Position numbers and translations under genes: made by a program. Shown one piece after another: positions 48,083-56,217 of a DNA stretch of 64,000 bases (the first letter of the stretch is position 1; each line of letters opens with the position of its first letter). This DNA comes from Bdellovibrionales bacterium (GTDB taxonomy: Bacteria > Bdellovibrionota > Bdellovibrionia > Bdellovibrionales > UBA1609). The notes under the pieces are model-generated. The model made no database searches. It worked only from the letters and a program-made list of their open reading frames with translations, and had not been told where the DNA came from. The stretch lies in contig DAHVQG010000002.1 of NCBI GenBank assembly GCA_027317865.1, positions 160,001 through 224,000 on the forward strand, in the 5' to 3' direction.

Positions 48083-48832
48083 ATGAAAGCAAATAAGATC
48101 ATAGAGGCTCTCGTCCTTACCATTGCCCTGTCTCTTGGGATGGTTGCCGCAGCAGCTCCCAAATTACCGCCTGGCCGCGACGGAACAAAATGTGCGGCTG
48201 AACTGACGCAAAAACCCGCGCTTACCGTTGTAACCGACGCCTTTGCAAAGGTGGCGCGCGATGACCGATTTTTAAATGAACCCGTTACGGTTGCACTTAT
48301 CGTACCCACCCAGTGGGAGAGCGAAACAATGGCCACCCTTCGAAAACGATTATCCGCGCCAAACGGCAACCTTTTATTCTTTGACCTTGCGTTTTCATTT
48401 GATAACGAGACTCTGATTTATTTGCACTTGGACGGCCGGGATTTGCGCTACATTGCGCCTTATCCTGACGCTGCGGCGGTTGGCCTCGGGCACGTTCGAG
48501 CCTTTGATATCGAATTTGAAAGTAAGGTGAAGCTCGGACTTGATCCGTTTTTTTCTAATCACAAATTAAGTCCTGATCTTTTGAAATTTAATGCACGCTT
48601 ACTTGATCCGCTTATGCGATTTCCTGACTCGCAATTTCGCGTTCTTGTTGGCACCCGCAAAAAGGATTTTACCAAACTTGCCGAACGCCTGAGACAGCTT
48701 CATGAATTTGAAATTTTAGACCACAATGTCGGTGGTTTTGATCAATTTATACTTTTGCGCGGCAGCGGTGAAAACCTACTGAAATTGCGGGCCGTACGCT
48801 CCGTCACTTCGGTCGAGCCGGCACACAAGTAA
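48083..48832 (+). CDS. Secreted hypothetical protein
   Basis: Signal peptide MKANKIIEALVLTIALSLGMVAAA. Confidence 0.65.
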   Translation: MKANKIIEALVLTIALSLGMVAAAAPKLPPGRDGTKCAAELTQKPALTVVTDAFAKVARDDRFLNEPVTVALIVPTQWESETMATLRKRLSAPNGNLLFFDLAFSFDNETLIYLHLDGRDLRYIAPYPDAAAVGLGHVRAFDIEFESKVKLGLDPFFSNHKLSPDLLKFNARLLDPLMRFPDSQFRVLVGTRKKDFTKLAERLRQLHEFEILDHNVGGFDQFILLRGSGENLLKLRAVRSVTSVEPAHK

Positions 48833-48842
48833 AATTTAATAT

Positions 48843-49379
48843 TTAAAAGCCCAACAATGTTTCGAGTGCAAAAACGACCGAATTTTGTTGTATTAGCTCG
48901 CGCGAAACTGCCGGCTCATCTGGTGGAGAAAAATATTGGGTTGCCGTCTCTGAAACACCAGGACCAACAAAGCCGAAACAAACCATCCCCACCGGCTTTT
49001 CCTTTGTGCCGCCGGATGGCCCCGCCACGCCAGATACTGAAACAGCCCAAGTGGAACCCAGCGCTCGTTTCACGCCTTGTGCCATTCCTAAAGCCACAGG
49101 CGTGCTTACTTCGCCTAGCACTTCAATCGTTGGCATCGGGACATACAAAATTTTATTTTTAACACTGCGATGATAGGAGATGACGGCACCCAGATAAAAA
49201 CTTGAAGCTCCAGGTAAACTCGCTAGTGATGCTGACAGAAGTCCGCCTGTGCAACTTTCAGCAAATGCCAGGGTTTCGCCATGGTCATCAAAGCGTTTTT
49301 TCAAATGAATTAACAGTGGTCGGATCGACTCAAAAAAAGCGCTTGGAGCAAAGGTGGGTTTTACGTCAGGTGCATCCAT
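48843..49379 (-). CDS. pncC: CinA C-terminal domain / NMN deamidase
   Basis: AESCTGGL, PGASS, SGVAGPSGG..KPVG. Confidence 0.88.
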   Translation of the reverse strand: MDAPDVKPTFAPSAFFESIRPLLIHLKKRFDDHGETLAFAESCTGGLLSASLASLPGASSFYLGAVISYHRSVKNKILYVPMPTIEVLGEVSTPVALGMAQGVKRALGSTWAVSVSGVAGPSGGTKEKPVGMVCFGFVGPGVSETATQYFSPPDEPAVSRELIQQNSVVFALETLLGF

Positions 49380-49849
49380 TGCGCTCCCAACCAATGTGTT
49401 TGTGTATAAACAAACTGTAAAACCAAATTGGCGATCACGCCGGCCACAATGTCGTCTGTCACCGTTCCAAATCCGCCCTTCGCCCGTCGATCAATGGCGC
49501 TGATCGGAAACGGTTTGATAATATCGAGCACGCGAAATAATACAAATCCAGCCAAAAACGCCTGCCAGGTCAGCGGCAACCAAAACATTGTAATAAGAAA
49601 TCCCACGACTTCATCGATAACAATTTCTTTCGGGTCATGGTTTTGCACCGCTTGTTCATATTGTTCAGCAACATAAATGGCTATAAGCGCAAAAACAAAA
49701 ACGGCGCCCATATAACCGTATAATCCGAAGAGAGAAAATAAAAATACCAACGGGATGGCGCCCAACGTGCCCACAGTGCCCGGCATAGCCGGGGCCCGAC
49801 CGAGGTAGAAAAACGTCGCCAAAAGTTCGTTGATGCGTTGCCAACTCAT
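49361..49849 (-). CDS. pgpA: Phosphatidylglycerophosphatase A
   Basis: PGTVGT, HDPKEIVIDEVVG, FRVLDIIKP, DDIVAG. Confidence 0.95.
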   Translation of the reverse strand: MSWQRINELLATFFYLGRAPAMPGTVGTLGAIPLVFLFSLFGLYGYMGAVFVFALIAIYVAEQYEQAVQNHDPKEIVIDEVVGFLITMFWLPLTWQAFLAGFVLFRVLDIIKPFPISAIDRRAKGGFGTVTDDIVAGVIANLVLQFVYTQTHWLGAQWMHLT

Positions 49850-49908
49850 AGTTTTCCCTAAGTGATTTGCCGGTCAGAGCCTAGTGAACTTGACGAACAT
49901 CGGGGTTG

Positions 49909-49936
49909 TCAACTGTTCGCACGTAAATACCGATAG
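49909..49936 (+). promoter_or_regulatory. sigma28-like promoter upstream of pilT
   Basis: TCAA-N16-ACCGATAG. Confidence 0.45.
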
Positions 49937-50000
49937 TTAAACAGTAAGGGAGGGCTGAGCCGCAACCGCACATGTCGTGCGGGGTTCATATGCAAGGTTT

Positions 50001-51287
50001 ATGGGAATTACTTTAGACGATATTTTGCGCTTAGCGACTCAAAAAGGCGCCAGTGACGTGCATTTAAAAGCTTGGATTATTCCCGTAATCAGAAAGCACG
50101 GGCATCTTCGACCGCTCTCCGCTTCTTTACCTGCCCTTTCCGGTAAAGAAATCGAAGACATGGCTTTTCAACTTATGGACGAGCAGCAGAAGCGCATATT
50201 TCTAGAAAAAAAAGACATCGATCTATCGTACGGCCTTTCGGGCGTCGGCCGATTCCGTATCAACGCATTATTTCAACGCGGAACAGTCCGACTGGTAATT
50301 CGCAATATTCCGGATCAAATCTTAAACTTTGAACAGCTCAACCTACCGCCAATTATAGAAAAAATCGCGCAGCGCGAGCGCGGATTGGTCCTTGTAACAG
50401 GTGCGACCGGCTCCGGTAAAAGTTCAACACTTGCGGCGATGGTCGATTATATCAATCGCAATTACAGTAAGCACATTTTAATGATTGAAGATCCGACTGA
50501 ATTTTTAATCAAAGACCGCCGCAGCATTATCACTCAACGCGAGCTTGGTAGCGACACGTTAAGCTTTGCCCAAAGTTTACGCGCCGCTTTGAGACAAGAC
50601 CCGGACGTAATCTTAATCGGCGAAATGCGCGATCGCGAAACAATTGAGATTGCTCTTTTAGCTGCCGAGACGGGTCATTTGGTCCTATCAACCCTTCACA
50701 CACTGGACGCACAAGAAACAATCAATCGTATTCTCGCCGTGTTTGAACCGCACCAACAAATGCAGATGCGCATGCAATTGGCCTCGACACTTGCTTCTAT
50801 TGTTTGCCAAAGGCTTTGCGCGCGAAAAGACGGCAAGGGTTACGTTCCTACCCTTGAAGTTCTAATCAACAATGCCCGCATATCTGAACTCATCGCGCGA
50901 CCTGACGGCCTATCTGAAATTCGCGCGGCAATGGAAGAAAGCCAGGCCGTTTGGGGCATGTGCACATTTGATCAATCCCTCATGGATCTAATCGCCGCCG
51001 AAAAAATCTCGTACGAAGAAGCATTAAAGGCTTCAAGTCAGCCAGAAAACTTTGCCGTTCGTTACAATGGCGTTTCTCATATGGATGGGAAAAAATGGGG
51101 AGATCCCAATTACTTCGGCCGCCGGGCCGCACAAGCCTGGCAAGACCTTTCAACCATGGAAGTTGAAAACACAACGGGCAACCACCGTTTGCACAGTGAC
51201 AAAGCGGTCAAATTGCGCGACAAAAAAGGCCATGAAAAAAAGCCCTCAACATTCGGCCCCTTGGGGCTTTTCAAAAAAGCAAAATAG
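50001..51287 (+). CDS. pilT: PilT/PilU family type IV pilus retraction ATPase
   Basis: ASDVH, GATGSGKSST, LRQDPDVILIGEMRD, AETGHLVLSTLHT. Confidence 0.9.
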   Translation: MGITLDDILRLATQKGASDVHLKAWIIPVIRKHGHLRPLSASLPALSGKEIEDMAFQLMDEQQKRIFLEKKDIDLSYGLSGVGRFRINALFQRGTVRLVIRNIPDQILNFEQLNLPPIIEKIAQRERGLVLVTGATGSGKSSTLAAMVDYINRNYSKHILMIEDPTEFLIKDRRSIITQRELGSDTLSFAQSLRAALRQDPDVILIGEMRDRETIEIALLAAETGHLVLSTLHTLDAQETINRILAVFEPHQQMQMRMQLASTLASIVCQRLCARKDGKGYVPTLEVLINNARISELIARPDGLSEIRAAMEESQAVWGMCTFDQSLMDLIAAEKISYEEALKASSQPENFAVRYNGVSHMDGKKWGDPNYFGRRAAQAWQDLSTMEVENTTGNHRLHSDKAVKLRDKKGHEKKPSTFGPLGLFKKAK

Positions 51288-51753
51288 TCCGCACGTAAGC
51301 AGCGACGAAGCCCGCGCCTTTGAAAAATGTATGCGTCTTCTCGCGCGGCGCGACCATTCTGTAAAAGAACTGCGCGAGAAACTTTCACCGTTTTATACCA
51401 ACGAAGTCATTGAGTGCACGCTTACAAAACTAAATGCGCTTCGCCTTTTGAAATCTCCTGAAGAACTATCTCGATTGTGGAGCGAATCCCTTCATCGCCA
51501 AGGTAAAAGTTATCGCCAAATTGAAAATAAACTGCACCGGTTGAATTTACCGAGCACCCCCCGCGACAAAGAGCTAGAAAAAGAAAAATGCCTAAAACTC
51601 ATCGAGCGCCGTTTTAGTAAAAGTATGCAGCACACAGGCACACCGCATATCACTTTCGAAGACAAAGTGAAAATAAAGCGTTATTTGCTCTACCGCGGAT
51701 ATGATCATGAAACTATAATGAGTGTTTTGCGAGGACTTGATGAAAAGCGCTGA
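51232..51753 (+). CDS. recX: Regulatory protein RecX
   Basis: RLLARRDHSVKELREKL; KRYLLYRGY; immediately upstream of alaS. Start uncertain. Confidence 0.8.
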   Translation: MKKSPQHSAPWGFSKKQNSPHVSSDEARAFEKCMRLLARRDHSVKELREKLSPFYTNEVIECTLTKLNALRLLKSPEELSRLWSESLHRQGKSYRQIENKLHRLNLPSTPRDKELEKEKCLKLIERRFSKSMQHTGTPHITFEDKVKIKRYLLYRGYDHETIMSVLRGLDEKR

Positions 51754-54472
51754 AATCCGATCTCTTTTTTTGTCCTACTTTCAAAAAAATGGCCATCGCA
51801 TAGTCCCCAGTTCAAGGCTCATTCCTGATGGCGATCCAACGCTATTGTTTACCAATGCCGGAATGAACCAATTTAAGAATGTGTTTTTGGGCCTTGAAAC
51901 GCGCGATTATAAACGGGCGACCAGTTCACAAAAATGCGTGCGTGCCGGCGGCAAGCACAACGACCTCGAAAATGTCGGTTTCACAGCACGCCACCATACG
52001 TTTTTTGAAATGCTCGGTAATTTTTCGTTCGGCGACTATTTCAAAAAAGAAGCCATCCATTATGCTTGGGAGCTTGTAACAAAAGAATACCAACTTGATA
52101 GGTCGCGCCTCTACGTCACGGTTTTTCAAGACGATGACGAAGCCGCCGACATTTGGCACAAACAAGAAGGCGTCGATCGCGAACGCATTTTTCGCTTTGG
52201 TGAAAAAGATAATTTCTGGCGAATGGGCGCATCCGGACCGTGCGGGCCGTGCTCTGAAATTTTTTATGATTTTGATCCTAACGGTAAAACAAGCGCTTAC
52301 GATGAAATTAAAAACGGTACGGATCGTGTTGTCGAATTTTGGAATCTTGTTTTTATGCAGTTTAACGAGAGTGAAGACGGCAAACGCACGACGCTGCCCA
52401 AGCCGTCTGTTGACACGGGCTCAGGGCTAGAGCGTATGGCCACAATCCTTCAAGGTAAAACTTCAAATTATGACAATGATTTGTTTCAAGCCTTGATCGG
52501 CTCAGTTGAAAAAGTAACCGGTCTTGAATATGTACGCGAACGCAAACCTTCGGCTGAAGACGAACTGCGAAATGTCGCCATGCGTGTTCTTGCCGATCAC
52601 GCCCGGGCCTCGGCCTTTCTTGTAGCCGACGGCGTGCTGCCTTCTAACGAAGGTCGCGGATATGTATTACGCCGAATCATGCGACGGGCGCTTCGCTATG
52701 GCCGCAACCTTTCGGTTGAAAAAAGCATTCTCCCCTCAGTTGTTGAGCGCGTAATTGAAGAGATGAGCGAAGCGTATCCCGAACTTCGCACCCGACGGGA
52801 GCACGTTCTGTCGACAGTTCGAGACGAAGAAAAGAGATTTTTTTCTACTCTTGACCAAGGCATTCAGATTCTTGAGTCGGAGTTTACTGAAATGAAAAAA
52901 CGCGGCAGCCAAATTGTCGATGGTAAATTCGTGTTTAAATTGTACGACACGTTTGGCTTTCCGGCTGATCTGACGGCTCTCATGGCGCGCGAACGCGGAT
53001 TTCAAATCGACGAAAAAACGTTCGAGCGGCATTTAGAAGACGCGCGCGATTTAGCCCGCTCTTCGTGGAAGGGTAAAGGACTCTCAACAAGCGAAGCGCA
53101 TCTTATAAAAGTAACTCAAAATATCGCAAAAAAATCGGGACCAACCATTTTTACCGGTTACCATGGCGTTGTTAGCGATCAGGGCCATGTGCTTTTTCTT
53201 TCAAATGGATCTAATGAAGTTCCAGCGCTCTCACCGGAGCAAACGGGAGTTATTGTACTTGACCGAACTTGTTTTTACGCCGAAAGCGGCGGCCAAGTCG
53301 GCGACGTGGGCCAAATTGCCGGGGCTCGGGGTCTTGCTGAAGTACTCGACACGACAAAGCTGAATGACATTTATTTACATCACGTGCGGGTTGTCGACGG
53401 CGAGTTTAACATTTCAGATGAAGTACAAACCAAAGTCGACGCAGTAAAGCGCGCGGCAACCGCCAACAATCACTCCGCAACTCACCTTCTGCACGCCGCT
53501 CTAAGAACTGTACTCGGTACGCATGTATCGCAAGCTGGGTCACTCGTCGCGCCTGACAAATTGCGTTTTGATTTTACTCATAATAAGCCCATGAGCGCTG
53601 AAGAACTCAGCACCGTCGAAGCTATGGTGAACGAAGAGGTCGCGCGTGCACGAGTTGTTGAAACCACGATAATGACCCCCAAAGAGGCCATTGCGGCGGG
53701 AGCGATGGCACTATTCGGAGAAAAATACGGCGAAAAGGTGCGCGTTTTGAAAATGGGCGACTTCAGTATGGAGCTATGCGGTGGCACACACGTCGACAAT
53801 ACCGCGCAAATTCGCTTTTTCAAAATTGTGAGCGAAAGCGGGGTTTCTTCAGGAGTTCGGCGCATCGAAGCCATTACCGGAGAAACTGCTGCACGATTTT
53901 TAATGAAGCACACGCGCGAAAATACAGAAGCCCGCACGGCATGCGGACTTCACGAAAACTGGCAACAATTTATGCAGTCGGATTCACGAGTTGCTCTTTG
54001 GGTCGAACGTGCTAAAGAGCAGCAACGCCTGCTCGAGCGCGAAATTCAATCGCTAAAGGGCGCAAAAATTAACGTCGATGAACTTTTGACGTCGGCGGTA
54101 GCCTTTAAAATTGCTAATGCGAAAAATGCGAGCGAAACCCTCCACGGGCGGTTGGTGTTTGCCAATCTTGAAATCAATGACCGCGCGCTGTTAAGTCAAA
54201 TTAGCGATCGACTTCGCGATAAAATTCAATCTGGAGTTGTCGTTTTGATCGGCCGCGCCAGCGAAGACAGTGGTCGTGAGGGCGCTCATCCGATCATAGT
54301 GACTGTAACCAAAAATCTTGTGCCGACATTAAACGCGGGCAAAATTTTGGGGGCTGTTGCTACTGCGATGGGCGGAAAAGGTGGCGGCCGTCCCGATTTC
54401 GCCCAAGGCGCTGGCCGCGATCTATCAAAAGCTAAAGAAGCTTTGGGTGCCGTGAACGCTTTTTTAAAATAG
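51740..54472 (+). CDS. alaS: Alanine--tRNA ligase
   Basis: TLLFTNAGMNQFK, HHTFFEMLGNFSFGDYFK, HSATH, ELCGGTH, GGGRPDFAQG. Confidence 0.99.
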   Translation: MKSAEIRSLFLSYFQKNGHRIVPSSRLIPDGDPTLLFTNAGMNQFKNVFLGLETRDYKRATSSQKCVRAGGKHNDLENVGFTARHHTFFEMLGNFSFGDYFKKEAIHYAWELVTKEYQLDRSRLYVTVFQDDDEAADIWHKQEGVDRERIFRFGEKDNFWRMGASGPCGPCSEIFYDFDPNGKTSAYDEIKNGTDRVVEFWNLVFMQFNESEDGKRTTLPKPSVDTGSGLERMATILQGKTSNYDNDLFQALIGSVEKVTGLEYVRERKPSAEDELRNVAMRVLADHARASAFLVADGVLPSNEGRGYVLRRIMRRALRYGRNLSVEKSILPSVVERVIEEMSEAYPELRTRREHVLSTVRDEEKRFFSTLDQGIQILESEFTEMKKRGSQIVDGKFVFKLYDTFGFPADLTALMARERGFQIDEKTFERHLEDARDLARSSWKGKGLSTSEAHLIKVTQNIAKKSGPTIFTGYHGVVSDQGHVLFLSNGSNEVPALSPEQTGVIVLDRTCFYAESGGQVGDVGQIAGARGLAEVLDTTKLNDIYLHHVRVVDGEFNISDEVQTKVDAVKRAATANNHSATHLLHAALRTVLGTHVSQAGSLVAPDKLRFDFTHNKPMSAEELSTVEAMVNEEVARARVVETTIMTPKEAIAAGAMALFGEKYGEKVRVLKMGDFSMELCGGTHVDNTAQIRFFKIVSESGVSSGVRRIEAITGETAARFLMKHTRENTEARTACGLHENWQQFMQSDSRVALWVERAKEQQRLLEREIQSLKGAKINVDELLTSAVAFKIANAKNASETLHGRLVFANLEINDRALLSQISDRLRDKIQSGVVVLIGRASEDSGREGAHPIIVTVTKNLVPTLNAGKILGAVATAMGGKGGGRPDFAQGAGRDLSKAKEALGAVNAFLK

Positions 54473-54487
54473 TCCCCCCGAAATAAC

Positions 54488-55453
54488 TCATCGGAGTTTT
54501 TTTTGTACCATCAGGCCCATGAGTTCAAACATGGTGTCAACAGCTGCGAGTGCTGTGATTTCGGCGTGATCAAAAGGGGGCGAGACTTCGACGATGTCGG
54601 CCCCCACGAGGTTTTGAATTTTCAGCGCACGCAAAATGCGCTGAGTTTCGTAGGTCGTAAGTCCACCCGGAACCGGCGTGCCGGTGCCCGGAGCGCAAGA
54701 CGGATCAAGACAATCAATGTCAAAACTAATATAGGTGGGCGGGCATTTTGAAGATTCATCGAAATTTGGCAAACCGGCAATAAACTTTTCAAGCCCCCCG
54801 ATGCGAATATCGTCAACCGTTGTGGAGCGAATTTTATAATCACGCGCAACTTTTAAATCATTTTCATCGACAAGGGGCCCGCGCAAACCAATTTGCAAAG
54901 TATGCTTCGGATCAATGAGCTTTTCGACCAGCGCGTGACGCACAAACGTGCCGTGATGGTATTCGCAATCCCACGCCGCGGGATACGTGTCGAGGTGCGC
55001 ATCGAAATGGATGAGCGCCAGTTTTCCGTATTTTTTGTGAAGTGCGCGCAACACCGGCAACGTCGTGGAGTGATCGCCACCGACTGAAACAAATCGCTTA
55101 TTAAGTTTCATGAGCTGCCCGAAAAACTTTTCGATCCGTTCGTAGGTCATCTCTTGATCGACCGGTACCGTCGGGCAGTCACCGATGTCAGCAAAACGCA
55201 GACTTGACCACAAATGTGTACCCCGCGCCCAATTGTAACCGCGCCCAACAGACGATGCTTGGCGCACAGCCGTGGGGGCAAAGCGCGCGCCCGGCCGGTA
55301 ACTCGTACCGCCATCGTACGGAACACCCATCAATCCCACGTCGTAATCGGCATCGACCGGAACATGCGGCAAACGAAAAAATGTTTTTATCGCTGAAAAC
55401 CTCGGGAACTCCCGCCCGCTGATCGGTTCATATTTAATGTCATCGCTTTTCAT
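54488..55453 (-). CDS. speB: Agmatinase / ureohydrolase
   Basis: GGDHS, DAHLD, SFDIDCLDPSCAPGTGTP. Confidence 0.9.
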   Translation of the reverse strand: MKSDDIKYEPISGREFPRFSAIKTFFRLPHVPVDADYDVGLMGVPYDGGTSYRPGARFAPTAVRQASSVGRGYNWARGTHLWSSLRFADIGDCPTVPVDQEMTYERIEKFFGQLMKLNKRFVSVGGDHSTTLPVLRALHKKYGKLALIHFDAHLDTYPAAWDCEYHHGTFVRHALVEKLIDPKHTLQIGLRGPLVDENDLKVARDYKIRSTTVDDIRIGGLEKFIAGLPNFDESSKCPPTYISFDIDCLDPSCAPGTGTPVPGGLTTYETQRILRALKIQNLVGADIVEVSPPFDHAEITALAAVDTMFELMGLMVQKKLR

Positions 55454-55454
55454 T

Positions 55455-56102
55455 CTAAAACACTCCTAAATTGCCGCGTTGGCGTCCGCAATGCCATACA
55501 ATTTTTCGAACGACCTCAATGCGCGACGCTAATTTCAAATGTTTCACCTGTGCGCTCAAACCATGCGGAACGGGCGGGTCAACCAAAAATTTGCCGCTAG
55601 CCAACTGCTTCCGCTTTTGTAACGAAAGTTCAAGGTCTTGTTTTAGATGACCGTTTCGCCACTCATAAACAAACCATTTTTGCGTTTGAATACCTGTTGT
55701 TTTGTCAGGAGCCGCCCAAAGTTGAATTTCAATCAGCCGTCGCTTGCCAAAAGTTCTTAATCGCACAAAGCTCCACTGAACCTTTGGGCCAGCATCGGGG
55801 AGCGTAATTGTGTCGCGATGGCGCACGTCGTGGACTAAGATTTCATTTTGCCACACTTCAACATTAAAACCGTGATCATAAAACCGGCAATCTTTCAGAG
55901 CCCGCCATTTCTCGGCGCATATAAATGCGTAACGATGACTACGATGCACAAACATCGCCCGCCGACTGGTTTTTTTGACCAAAACAGCATGTGCGGTTGT
56001 CATGAATAGTGATGCAAAACATGAAACTAGTAACACCTTGACGGCAAAAGCTAAGGCTCGCGATACTATTTCGCACGGAGTTTGATTTGAACCCTGTTTC
56101 AT
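55455..56102 (-). CDS. Basic secreted hypothetical protein
   Basis: Signal-like segment ending TAHA; K/R-rich. Start uncertain. Confidence 0.6.
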   Translation of the reverse strand: MKQGSNQTPCEIVSRALAFAVKVLLVSCFASLFMTTAHAVLVKKTSRRAMFVHRSHRYAFICAEKWRALKDCRFYDHGFNVEVWQNEILVHDVRHRDTITLPDAGPKVQWSFVRLRTFGKRRLIEIQLWAAPDKTTGIQTQKWFVYEWRNGHLKQDLELSLQKRKQLASGKFLVDPPVPHGLSAQVKHLKLASRIEVVRKIVWHCGRQRGNLGVF

Positions 56103-56217
56103 CTATCGTAAAATTAAGCTCTGTCTGGTCAATCAGCAAGCCCGAAAGCGTCGAGCCGAAAACGATACGCGCAGACGGCACGCGAAGACGGCAGTCGTAA
56201 GCGAGTCGTGAGGCAGA

